Positions 41,355 to 50,256 of a stretch of DNA of 64,000 nt are shown piece by piece (position 1 is the first letter of the stretch; the number at the start of each line of letters is the position of its first letter). Under the pieces are notes generated by a model. That model made no database searches. It saw only the letters and a program-made list of their open reading frames with translations, and had not been told where the DNA came from. Source of the DNA: Promethearchaeota archaeon (GTDB lineage: Archaea; Asgardarchaeota; Heimdallarchaeia; Hodarchaeales; Hodarchaeaceae); assembly GCA_048938105.1 (NCBI GenBank), contig JBHLMN010000007.1, positions 205,383 to 269,382 on the forward strand, read 5' to 3'. The position numbers and the translations under genes are program-made.

Positions 41355-42149
41355 ATGACGGTTCAACGGACAAAAAGATTCATTCTGCCAATGATATTGG
41401 GAAGTATGGGCTTTTTAACAATCTTGGTTTCAGAAGTAATAGTCCAAATCCAAGGATCAAAGATTGTTCAGGTCACTTGGCTCGCTAGCTTCTTGATAAT
41501 GGTGTCAACTATCATTATCAGGTTTTATTCCATTGATCCTAAACACTTTGATGAAATCATTCAAACTACAAATCCAATGGAAAGCCAACATCTAAAGTCG
41601 TTACGTTTCTTGAATTGGATAGTTCTAGCTATGGTGATTGGATTGATTGCGACTATTACTATTGCGTTTGATTTTTTTGTTGGTGTATTGATTTATTTAG
41701 TCATGCAGGTCTGTTTGATTGTTTCATTCTCAGGTATTATTTCTTTAAGACCATCCGTGCTTTTAGCTAATCCAAAGCTACGTAAGAGCTTCATAACCTC
41801 TTTAGTATTTTGGATGGTAGCCGCCCCACTGATCTATTTTGTATTAATATATAGTAATGCAGAATCTCTCTTGGTGATACCGTATGTGATCGCTATCGGT
41901 ACAATGGCATGCATATCTTGTTTTGGATTAGGTTATGATCAACGATCTAAGGCATTCAGGTGGATGATGATCGCTGCATCACTTTTGTTTGTATTCTCTG
42001 ACACACTAATTGGAAACGCAAGATACGGTCAGGTTAGCTTTAAATTGAATCAATTGATTGATATCACTTATGTTCTCAATATTCTACTTATGTCACACGC
42101 TATTCTTTTCCTTAAGGATGGTTCTGGAAACACACCATTTAAAACATGA
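41355..42149 (+). CDS. YhhN/lysoplasmalogenase-like membrane protein
   Basis: PYVIAIGTM, LFVFSDTLIG, TY motifs. Confidence 0.65.
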   Translation: MTVQRTKRFILPMILGSMGFLTILVSEVIVQIQGSKIVQVTWLASFLIMVSTIIIRFYSIDPKHFDEIIQTTNPMESQHLKSLRFLNWIVLAMVIGLIATITIAFDFFVGVLIYLVMQVCLIVSFSGIISLRPSVLLANPKLRKSFITSLVFWMVAAPLIYFVLIYSNAESLLVIPYVIAIGTMACISCFGLGYDQRSKAFRWMMIAASLLFVFSDTLIGNARYGQVSFKLNQLIDITYVLNILLMSHAILFLKDGSGNTPFKT

Positions 42150-42206
42150 TGATTTTTCTTTCCATTAGCGAAAAGTTTCCTAAAGTATAGCCTGGTGAAA
42201 GAATGA

Positions 42207-42635
42207 ATGATACAAATATCTGAAAAGAAGAAATTAGGGTTTATCCGATTTGCGTACTGGTTAGGGGCAATTCTTGACGCAATATGGGGAGTTGTCCCAT
42301 TAATCTATATGTTGTTTTCAAAAGAAAAGATTTTCGCAGATATGGGTTTTCCGAGTCCCATCAGTGACTTTGGCTACTTTGCACTAGTTGGAGTATCTGG
42401 ATTGATGTTAGGCTGGACGTTTCTTTTGATTTGGGCTGATCGAAAACCAATTGAAAGACGTGATACTTTGTTATTGACTGTAGGCGTAATGTTCATTATG
42501 ATTGTCCTTCAATTCATTGGTTTCATCAATGATAATCCCTATATCTCCCTAGGTTCATTATTATCAAACAGTACAATAATTATCTATGGTTTAGCCTATT
42601 ATTTTGCAAATGGCATAGAGAACAGCGGAATATAA
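42207..42635 (+). CDS. Conserved 4-TM membrane protein
   Basis: YWLGAILDA, LMLGWTFLLIWADRKPIERR. Confidence 0.7.
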   Translation: MIQISEKKKLGFIRFAYWLGAILDAIWGVVPLIYMLFSKEKIFADMGFPSPISDFGYFALVGVSGLMLGWTFLLIWADRKPIERRDTLLLTVGVMFIMIVLQFIGFINDNPYISLGSLLSNSTIIIYGLAYYFANGIENSGI

Positions 42636-42890
42636 CCTTTTACTAAGATTAACCGGTTTTATTTTTAATTTAATACTGGGATTCATTTTATTATTATCTC
42701 TTGACGATATTGGATTGTTTGAACTCTTTCTCAAGCAATCGATAAATTGGAACTATAAAATACAAATCAGAATATACCCTAGGTGCAGAATAATCTGAAA
42801 ATTTGTTTGATTGGCCCCTTACAAAGTCTTTTCAAAACCAGAAGGCACTGAATTCCTAGTTCTTAAGACAATGGCTCTTGCCACTATCAG

Positions 42891-44069
42891 ATGGTTAGGC
42901 TGTATTCAATGGGTTCGTTAGAGAGAAAAATAGAGATATTAGGGGATGCCAGTAAGTTTGATGTTTGTGCGTCGATGGCTTCACCACGAGATGTTTCTGG
43001 AACCAGGAGAATAGGTAATCCTGATAGAGTCGGCATTTGCCATGCTTTTGCCCCTGATGGCCGATGCATCAGCCTTTTTAAGGTATTGATGACTAATCAT
43101 TGTATTTATGACTGCAAATATTGTGTAAATAATAGTGGTAATGCCAAGACCAAGGTTATGTTTGAACCTGTTGAATTAGCTCGGGCTTTTATGGGCCTCT
43201 ATATTAGAAATTATGTTGAAGGAATCTTTTTATCTTCTGGAGTGTGGAGAAACGCAACTGATACCGTTGAAAAAATGATTGATGCATTAACGTTATTACG
43301 TAATAAATATCATTTTCAAGGATACATGCATATTAAGATACTTCCTGGGACAACTAAAGAACAAATAAAACAATTAATGGAGCTTGCTGATCGTGTTAGC
43401 CTCAATGTGGAGCTCCCTAGTGCTTCTCGTCTTTCAGAAGTTTCCAGCACGAAAAATTTCAAGACAGATATCATTGATTGTCAAAAATTTATACATCATT
43501 TTAATAAGGAGGGATTAGTTCCAGCAGGTCAAACAACGCAGTTTGTCATTGGCACAACAGGAGAATCTGATCACGAAATTGTAGAAAGACTTCATTGGGA
43601 ATATTCCAATCTTGATCTAAAACGTGGTTATTTTTCAGCATTCACACCAATCAAGGGAACACCATTGGAAAACACAAAAGTCTCAGAAAAGCATTCAAGA
43701 AGAAGAGAAAACTTCCTCTACAGAGTAGATTGGTTGTACCGACGTTATAAATATGAAATTGAGGGTATATTCTCCATCATGGATGATAATGGGATGATTC
43801 CCTTAAATATTGATCCCAAAGTCTCCCTCGCACTAGGAGATGAGATTTTCCCATTAGATGTGAATGAGGCCTCGTATAATGAATTATTACGAGTACCTGG
43901 TATTGGAGAGACTTCTGCACGAAGGATTATCAATTTAAGGAAAATAAACAAGAAAATTCAACGCTATAATGATCTCCAGAGGTTAGGAGTTATGGTTAAG
44001 AGGGCTAAATCATTTTTAATTGTTAATGGTCGCAGACAATCGAGAATAAAGGAATTTTTTGATAAGTAA
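42891..44069 (+). CDS. Putative DNA modification/repair radical SAM protein (TIGR03916-type)
   Basis: KFDVCAS, GICHAFAPDGRCISLFK, CIYDCKYC, PAGQTTQ, RE..LY..DWL.R.Y, HhH LLRVPGIG. Confidence 0.92.
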   Translation: MVRLYSMGSLERKIEILGDASKFDVCASMASPRDVSGTRRIGNPDRVGICHAFAPDGRCISLFKVLMTNHCIYDCKYCVNNSGNAKTKVMFEPVELARAFMGLYIRNYVEGIFLSSGVWRNATDTVEKMIDALTLLRNKYHFQGYMHIKILPGTTKEQIKQLMELADRVSLNVELPSASRLSEVSSTKNFKTDIIDCQKFIHHFNKEGLVPAGQTTQFVIGTTGESDHEIVERLHWEYSNLDLKRGYFSAFTPIKGTPLENTKVSEKHSRRRENFLYRVDWLYRRYKYEIEGIFSIMDDNGMIPLNIDPKVSLALGDEIFPLDVNEASYNELLRVPGIGETSARRIINLRKINKKIQRYNDLQRLGVMVKRAKSFLIVNGRRQSRIKEFFDK

Positions 44070-44084
44070 TCCAAGTGAGATTAA

Positions 44085-44681
44085 ATGTTTCGAAAAATTG
44101 AGAGGAATAAGGTTCTTGAATCTTTATCAAGGCATAAAGACGTTACAGTAGACTTTTTGGATCAAATAAAACGTATTCCAAAAGAAATACTCGAAAATAA
44201 GGGATCTAATTTGGCTGAAAAAGCTATTACTATGAGTTGAGAAGTTAATAATGATCTACATTCACATAAAGCATTCTTACGCTTATCTGTCTCCCCGCAC
44301 GGTATCCTATTTGCAAAATCAGATAAGATGAAACATTATAATGAAGAACCATTGCTTAAATTTTTCCAGAAACGATTCCCTTCTCTCATTATTTTGTTTG
44401 AATCAAATAGAGGTGTTTTCACCATTGATCAGGATTCAATTCTTGTAGTCCCCAATATGCCTTTAGAAGAAGTATTAAGGGAATTAGAAGAAGAACTTCC
44501 ACTGAATCCACTGCTAACTGATTTGAATGGAAAATATTATCACGAATTATGGGAAAGTTTTGCACAATCCCAGATAATTCAGGGAAGAAACTTTTCAAAA
44601 CAGGTAATGAATTTATCGAAAAGATGGAGAAAAACAGTTGCTGAAGATAAGTCACCAAAGAAATTAAACGATTTTTTATAG
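44085..44681 (+). pseudogene. DUF4130/TIGR03915-like partner of the radical SAM protein, with one in-frame TGA at 44238-44240
   Basis: Manual translation MFRKIERNKV...AITMS*EVNNDLHSHKAFLRL...FFQKRFP...YHELWESF..SQ.I..R is in frame with the track ORF 44328-44681. Confidence 0.72.
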
Positions 44682-44788
44682 ACCCCTTCTAAATGATCGA
44701 ATAATATTATTTTAATATCCTAAAAGGTTTTAATAACTCTTAATATTCCTTCTTTCTCCCACACACGTCTTTAACAATCAAAATATAA

Positions 44789-45484
44789 GTGGAGAATAGA
44801 AACATGAGTCGAAAACATAACCCAGAGATTACGTGTACTTGGGATAAAACAGCTGACTGCATGAATTGCACGATAAAGGGGGAATTGGATTGTAAATGGA
44901 GTCGTTCGTTGCTTTTACGTTTTTATAAGGGGGGATCACTAGCAATGATTTCAGGAGGATTGGGCCTAATTATTGTGGGATTGTTTGTTAGTTGGTTACC
45001 AATAATAATCTATGGTGCTTTCTGGATTTTCTTCTTTGGTTTCTTTGAAATTCGTGTTCTTTGTAGTCATTGTCCATATTATGCAGAAGAAGGAAGGATA
45101 CTCCATTGTTTAGCGAACCATGGAACCATAAAACTATGGGACTTTCATCCTGAACCCATGAATATTTTTGAAAAACTAGGATTTCTTGGTGGTGCATTAT
45201 TTTTTGTCTCATTTCCAGTCTTGGCCGAGCTTTGGGGAATTTTTCAATTATGGAATGGCATGCTAGAGATTACTGTGATCTTTCTTCTTATCTGCGTTTT
45301 AACTGTTCTCACTATAGGAGGAGGTGGTTATTTTTTTGTTTTCTTGCGAAAGAATATATGTCCAAGATGTGTTAACTTCTCGTGTCCCTTGAATTCAGTA
45401 CCAAAAAAGGTTGTAGATGCCTATCTTAAAAAGAATCCAATCATGCGAGAAGCATGGGAAAAAACAGGTTATCAACTCGACTAA
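44789..45484 (+). CDS. Cys-rich 4-TM membrane protein
   Basis: CTW...CMNC...C, CSHCPYY, CPRCVNFSCPLN. Confidence 0.75.
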   Translation: MENRNMSRKHNPEITCTWDKTADCMNCTIKGELDCKWSRSLLLRFYKGGSLAMISGGLGLIIVGLFVSWLPIIIYGAFWIFFFGFFEIRVLCSHCPYYAEEGRILHCLANHGTIKLWDFHPEPMNIFEKLGFLGGALFFVSFPVLAELWGIFQLWNGMLEITVIFLLICVLTVLTIGGGGYFFVFLRKNICPRCVNFSCPLNSVPKKVVDAYLKKNPIMREAWEKTGYQLD

Positions 45485-45768
45485 AAACCTTGGGAAAAGT
45501 TTATGTCAACTAAGCACTTAGATACAGTTACATCTTTTCCCCAAACCAATAAAAGAGCTACAGATATGAACACAATTTTTCTAGTAACTGATCCGATTGG
45601 CTTAGAATACGTACACAATATGGAAATTCTTCTGGAACCTCGTGATAAAACCTGATGCTTTTAACTAATAATTGATTCTCATTTCTTCTTTTGTTTGAAT
45701 AAACAGCTAGAGTTACCAATAAATACTAAAAAAATCTTAATAGGTCACTACTCCAAGTTTTTAGTAGA

Positions 45769-47595
45769 GTGAACATCATGGATCTCTTTGATAAAATTAA
45801 ATTGATTATTGAAACACAAGGATATATTCCCTTTGATATCAGCAATATTAACCAAATGGCTACAGGAAACTTCCTAACTCCAACTAATGCCCTAATATTA
45901 CACTTAACATCATTAACAAAACCAAATGATCATTCTCCGATTCTTCCAGAAAACGCTTTTACTATTGACGCAAAATTCTCGCCTGATGACTCATGGTTGG
46001 CTATTCCTATTGATTATTCTGGGAAAGAAGATAGTTTTCTCTATCGATTACCAACAAAGAATGAAGATAGAATGCGACCATTAGAACAACTAAGTAAATC
46101 GTCAGGGAGGCATTTATGGGTAAACTGGAGTCCAGATGGAGAAAAATTAGTGTGGAGCTATTCTCAAAAAGAAAAGAATGTAATAAGTATTCTTTCTAAT
46201 ATTCCTGATTCAGATGAAAATATTGTGTGGAAGGGCGAAAAGATGCCTTTAATCGGTCATTGGAAGCATAAAGATCTAATAAAATTTACTAGCGTCTTGT
46301 CCAGATCAAATGAATATACTGAAGTTGTTATCAATGTTAATACAAAGGAAATTGTGTTGACCCTTCCAATAGCAAGTTCATTAACTTTTTTTGGTTTATG
46401 GCATCCCACACAACACATCTTCCCTTATCTCACTAAAGATGAAAGTAAATTAGCTCTCTATAATATTGATACAGCAGAGAAAATGATTCTTCCAACGCCA
46501 GAAGGAGAAATTGAAAAGGCTGAATGGAGTAGTAACGGCGAAACACTTTATGTAGCTGCAACAAAGGATGCTCGTGATAAGATATACTCTATTGACATAC
46601 AATCTCATGAATTGAAAACTCTTTCAATTCCTGAGGGTATAAACAAACTTTTAAAAATAGCAGAAGTCAATAATGAAGATATAATCTACTTTATTCACGC
46701 GGATGCTACTACAAGGCTTAATCTATGGATGTTCAATCCTAATACAGAGGAATATCAACAACTTACGAAGAAAAGGTCTCCTATAATAGGGACACAGGAT
46801 TTTCCTTTAGTACCATCATTGTCTGAACGTTGGCAGTCTTTTGACGGTTTAGAAATTCATGGCTTTGTCATGGTACCTTCTTCCCCTCCACCAAAAGATG
46901 GTTATCCAGCCGTTGTATATGTCCATGGCGGCCCAATGGCACAAGATACCGATTCTTTTGTTGGGACATATCAAATCTTAACGCAAGAAGGATTTGTTGT
47001 CTTTCGTCCTAACTTTCGGGGATCTACAGGCTATGGTGAGGCATTTATGAGAGCCAATTTCAGAGAAATCGGGAAAGCAGATCTACTTGATATTACAACA
47101 GGTGTGCAAATGTTAATTGAAAAGCACAAAGTAAACCCCAAAAAGGTGATAATAACTGGTGGATCTTATGGGGGTTATATGACTTTACGAGCAATGACTA
47201 AACCTGACGTGTTTGAATTTGTTGCAGGTTGGGCTGAAGCCGCGATTTCTGATTGGGAATATATGTACGATGAAGCAGCAGATGAATTATTCAAACAATT
47301 TGTAGTATTATTATTTGGTCCAATGGAAAATGACGAGAGTAGAACCTTTCTGAAAAAGTCATCTCCTATCCACGATTGGAAAAAGATTAATAAACCACTA
47401 GGAGTAGTCCAATTTGCAAATGATACTAGAACTCCGTTAAAACCAGTCTGGGATTTCGTAAATAACTTATATGAACGAGGAGACAACATAGAATTACATG
47501 TGAGGCCAGCAATGGGGCATGCAAACCTACCCAAAGGATATATCGTTCGTTCAATTGCAAGGTCAATTCAATTCTTTGAAAGAGTGGTTGAATAA
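45769..47595 (+). CDS. S9 prolyl oligopeptidase/acylaminoacyl peptidase
   Basis: Beta-propeller (FSPD, WSPDG), VHGGP, NFRGSTGYG, GGSYGG, Asp (NDTRT), GH. Confidence 0.93.
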   Translation: MNIMDLFDKIKLIIETQGYIPFDISNINQMATGNFLTPTNALILHLTSLTKPNDHSPILPENAFTIDAKFSPDDSWLAIPIDYSGKEDSFLYRLPTKNEDRMRPLEQLSKSSGRHLWVNWSPDGEKLVWSYSQKEKNVISILSNIPDSDENIVWKGEKMPLIGHWKHKDLIKFTSVLSRSNEYTEVVINVNTKEIVLTLPIASSLTFFGLWHPTQHIFPYLTKDESKLALYNIDTAEKMILPTPEGEIEKAEWSSNGETLYVAATKDARDKIYSIDIQSHELKTLSIPEGINKLLKIAEVNNEDIIYFIHADATTRLNLWMFNPNTEEYQQLTKKRSPIIGTQDFPLVPSLSERWQSFDGLEIHGFVMVPSSPPPKDGYPAVVYVHGGPMAQDTDSFVGTYQILTQEGFVVFRPNFRGSTGYGEAFMRANFREIGKADLLDITTGVQMLIEKHKVNPKKVIITGGSYGGYMTLRAMTKPDVFEFVAGWAEAAISDWEYMYDEAADELFKQFVVLLFGPMENDESRTFLKKSSPIHDWKKINKPLGVVQFANDTRTPLKPVWDFVNNLYERGDNIELHVRPAMGHANLPKGYIVRSIARSIQFFERVVE

Positions 47596-47668
47596 AGAGC
47601 TCTCCTTTTCCTCCTTATTTCTGCTTCTATCGTTGAAATACGTCTTTAAAATTCTATTATTCTATTTC

Positions 47669-49468
47669 TTATCCCTCTTCATACTCAGAAAGAATTTTCT
47701 TTGCTTCTTTTAAATAAATTCGAAATTCATCAATTTTCATCAATTCATCAATTGATTTAGTAGGAATATCACTCAATCGTTGATAAATCATTTTAACAAC
47801 AAGATTTTCTAGTTGTGCCAATTCAATCCTACGAGATAATGAAACATTCTTATCTATATACTCCTCCCATTTTTTCAACTGAGAAAAAAAGGAATAATGT
47901 TCAAAGCTGATAGAATCTGCTAATGTTTTCAGGCCTTTTTCCTCGGTTATAGCTTGAGCCTTAAATAGTAACTTCTGTGCTTGTTGAATATCAAATTTTA
48001 ATAGGGCAAGCTTCGATTGCAACCAATAAGACTGAGCTAATAGTGAATGAGAATTTTGATCGCTAGCGATCTTAAGTAATCGAGAACAATAGTGATCTAA
48101 TTCATTAAGAATCGATTCATTACCAGTAATCTTCAATTCATAAATAAGTAATTCACTCAAATTAATGATTGCTTCAACTGTAATATTATAAGCAATCTGA
48201 GGTTCATTAACAATTTTTTGAAATAAACATAATGCTTCCATTTTATCTGCTAATCTTTCACTTGTTTTTAGGAGAAGAGCCCTACTTGTTCGGTATATTA
48301 AATTATGCCAAATATTATTGACTTCCTCCTTCAGCTTTTCTAATTCTTTTATGAGAGGGATGGCTTCAATAGGAGAAAGATGATAGGTATAAAGGCGAAT
48401 TAAATTGTATAATCCTTCAGCTAAATAAAAAGTAGCCTCTTTTTCCTTCGCTATTTTTAAGGCTTTTTTATAAGATTGTAATGAGGGTTGAAACTCTCCC
48501 CGATCCTGTAACAATCTTCCGAGGTCATAATACCCTAGAATTATGTTTACAGTATACTCAATTGCTTTTGAGAGGGTAAGAGATTTAACAATAAAGCTCT
48601 CTGCTAATTCTAGCTCTCCTTGAAAATAGTAAATTTCCCCTAAATGAAGTAAATTATGAGCGATATCACATTTATTCTTGATGCTTTCTGATAAAGCAAG
48701 GGCTTGCTCTGTATAAACTAATGCTTGGTTAAATTCCCCTTTTAACAAATAGATATTCCCTATTGCACGATATGCTTGGGAAATAAGATATTTATTTGCA
48801 ATTCTTTCTCCATAATTCAAACTCTCCTTGAAAAAATTTAATGCGGAATTGTGGTCTCCCTTATAATAATAATAATATCCCAGCCCAAATAATGACTCAC
48901 TAATACCCATTTTATCATTTATTTCTTCTCTAACCGACAAACTTTCCTGAATTAATGGTAGCTGTTTATCTAAATTGATATTTGGGTCATATGAGATTGC
49001 TTTTAAATAAAGAAGTGCTGCTTTCTTACTTTTATAGTCTTTTGATTCTTCATCTAATATCTGATTGAAAAAGGCTTCTCCCTCATTAATAAGTCTCTTA
49101 GTTTCCTTTCTTGTTTCAACCATTAAAGAGATCCTGAGTAAAATGCAGATGGCATCTAATCCAAACATAACTTCTTGAGATTTCTTACTTTGATCAAGTA
49201 ATTGAAGTGACGTCTCCTTAGCTTTACCTAATTCTCCAAGATTATAATAGCAGATACTGATACATTTTAACACTTCTGATTGAGTTTTTTCATCTAGTGG
49301 CTCAACTATAGGAAGGTTCTTTAATGCTTCCTCATAATTCTCCTGATTGATCAAAAGCTCTGCTTTACTTAGATTTAAATCCAGTTCAATCCACTCTAAT
49401 ACTTGAATTGAGCTTTTCAAACTGTAAGTTTTAGTTTTAGAACTCATTTCAAAGAATTTTAAAAACAA
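47669..49468 (-). CDS. Tetratricopeptide-repeat protein
   Basis: Multiple LG..Y...G....AL......L repeats. Confidence 0.88.
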   Translation of the reverse strand: MFLKFFEMSSKTKTYSLKSSIQVLEWIELDLNLSKAELLINQENYEEALKNLPIVEPLDEKTQSEVLKCISICYYNLGELGKAKETSLQLLDQSKKSQEVMFGLDAICILLRISLMVETRKETKRLINEGEAFFNQILDEESKDYKSKKAALLYLKAISYDPNINLDKQLPLIQESLSVREEINDKMGISESLFGLGYYYYYKGDHNSALNFFKESLNYGERIANKYLISQAYRAIGNIYLLKGEFNQALVYTEQALALSESIKNKCDIAHNLLHLGEIYYFQGELELAESFIVKSLTLSKAIEYTVNIILGYYDLGRLLQDRGEFQPSLQSYKKALKIAKEKEATFYLAEGLYNLIRLYTYHLSPIEAIPLIKELEKLKEEVNNIWHNLIYRTSRALLLKTSERLADKMEALCLFQKIVNEPQIAYNITVEAIINLSELLIYELKITGNESILNELDHYCSRLLKIASDQNSHSLLAQSYWLQSKLALLKFDIQQAQKLLFKAQAITEEKGLKTLADSISFEHYSFFSQLKKWEEYIDKNVSLSRRIELAQLENLVVKMIYQRLSDIPTKSIDELMKIDEFRIYLKEAKKILSEYEEG

Positions 49469-49641
49469 TTATGGCTACAATCGCTTCAGATTTATACTCG
49501 TAACATGATTTATTACTACAATTTTTGCAAAGAATATTTTAATCCAATAGAGCTATGTAATAGTAAGGTATTCATACGAGCTAATAATAGTACTCTGTGA
49601 AAAAATTTATTTACATTTGGAAGCAGCATTCCTGTTAAACA

Positions 49642-50241
49642 ATGTCACTTGATAATTATTTTCATCTATTTGAGGCTTTAAGCAGTGAACGGAGAAGAGA
49701 ATTATTTGAGTTCATATCAAAGTATAATTTTGTATCAAAAAATGATTTGGCAATTAAGTTTAATATGAAGCGAGCTTCATTAAATCACCATTTGGATAGT
49801 TTAATTAAAGCAGGATTGATCAATGAAGTATCATTGATTCTAGATGGGAGGAACCATACATTCATAATTCCTATGGCAAATATTTTTCCAGAACGGATAA
49901 AAGAAGACAAAGAGGATACTCAGACATTATTAAAACAATTAAGAATCTGGACAAATCGAAATTTAACCTTAGATACTTGGAATATCTTACGTGAAAGTTT
50001 AAACAATTTGGATATTTCTGAAGAGCTTCTCAATTCAGTAGAATTTCGATTATTTCCTTTAATTGGCACAAGAATCTCTACTGAAACTAATTATTGTTTT
50101 ATCTGCAGAGCTAATAAGGCCCAAATGGCATGTTTTGCCTGTAAAAATCTTATATGTAAAGTCCATAGTTACAATATTGACCGCGAAGAGCTTGGCACTA
50201 TATCTCTGTGCCCAAATTGTGTGAAAAAATTCTTTGGATAA
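49642..50241 (+). CDS. ArsR-type wHTH regulator with a C-terminal zinc finger
   Basis: FEALSSERRR, RASLNHHLDSL; CFIC...CFAC...CKVH...CPNC. Confidence 0.8.
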   Translation: MSLDNYFHLFEALSSERRRELFEFISKYNFVSKNDLAIKFNMKRASLNHHLDSLIKAGLINEVSLILDGRNHTFIIPMANIFPERIKEDKEDTQTLLKQLRIWTNRNLTLDTWNILRESLNNLDISEELLNSVEFRLFPLIGTRISTETNYCFICRANKAQMACFACKNLICKVHSYNIDREELGTISLCPNCVKKFFG

Positions 50242-50256
50242 AGAGAGAGGGAGAGG

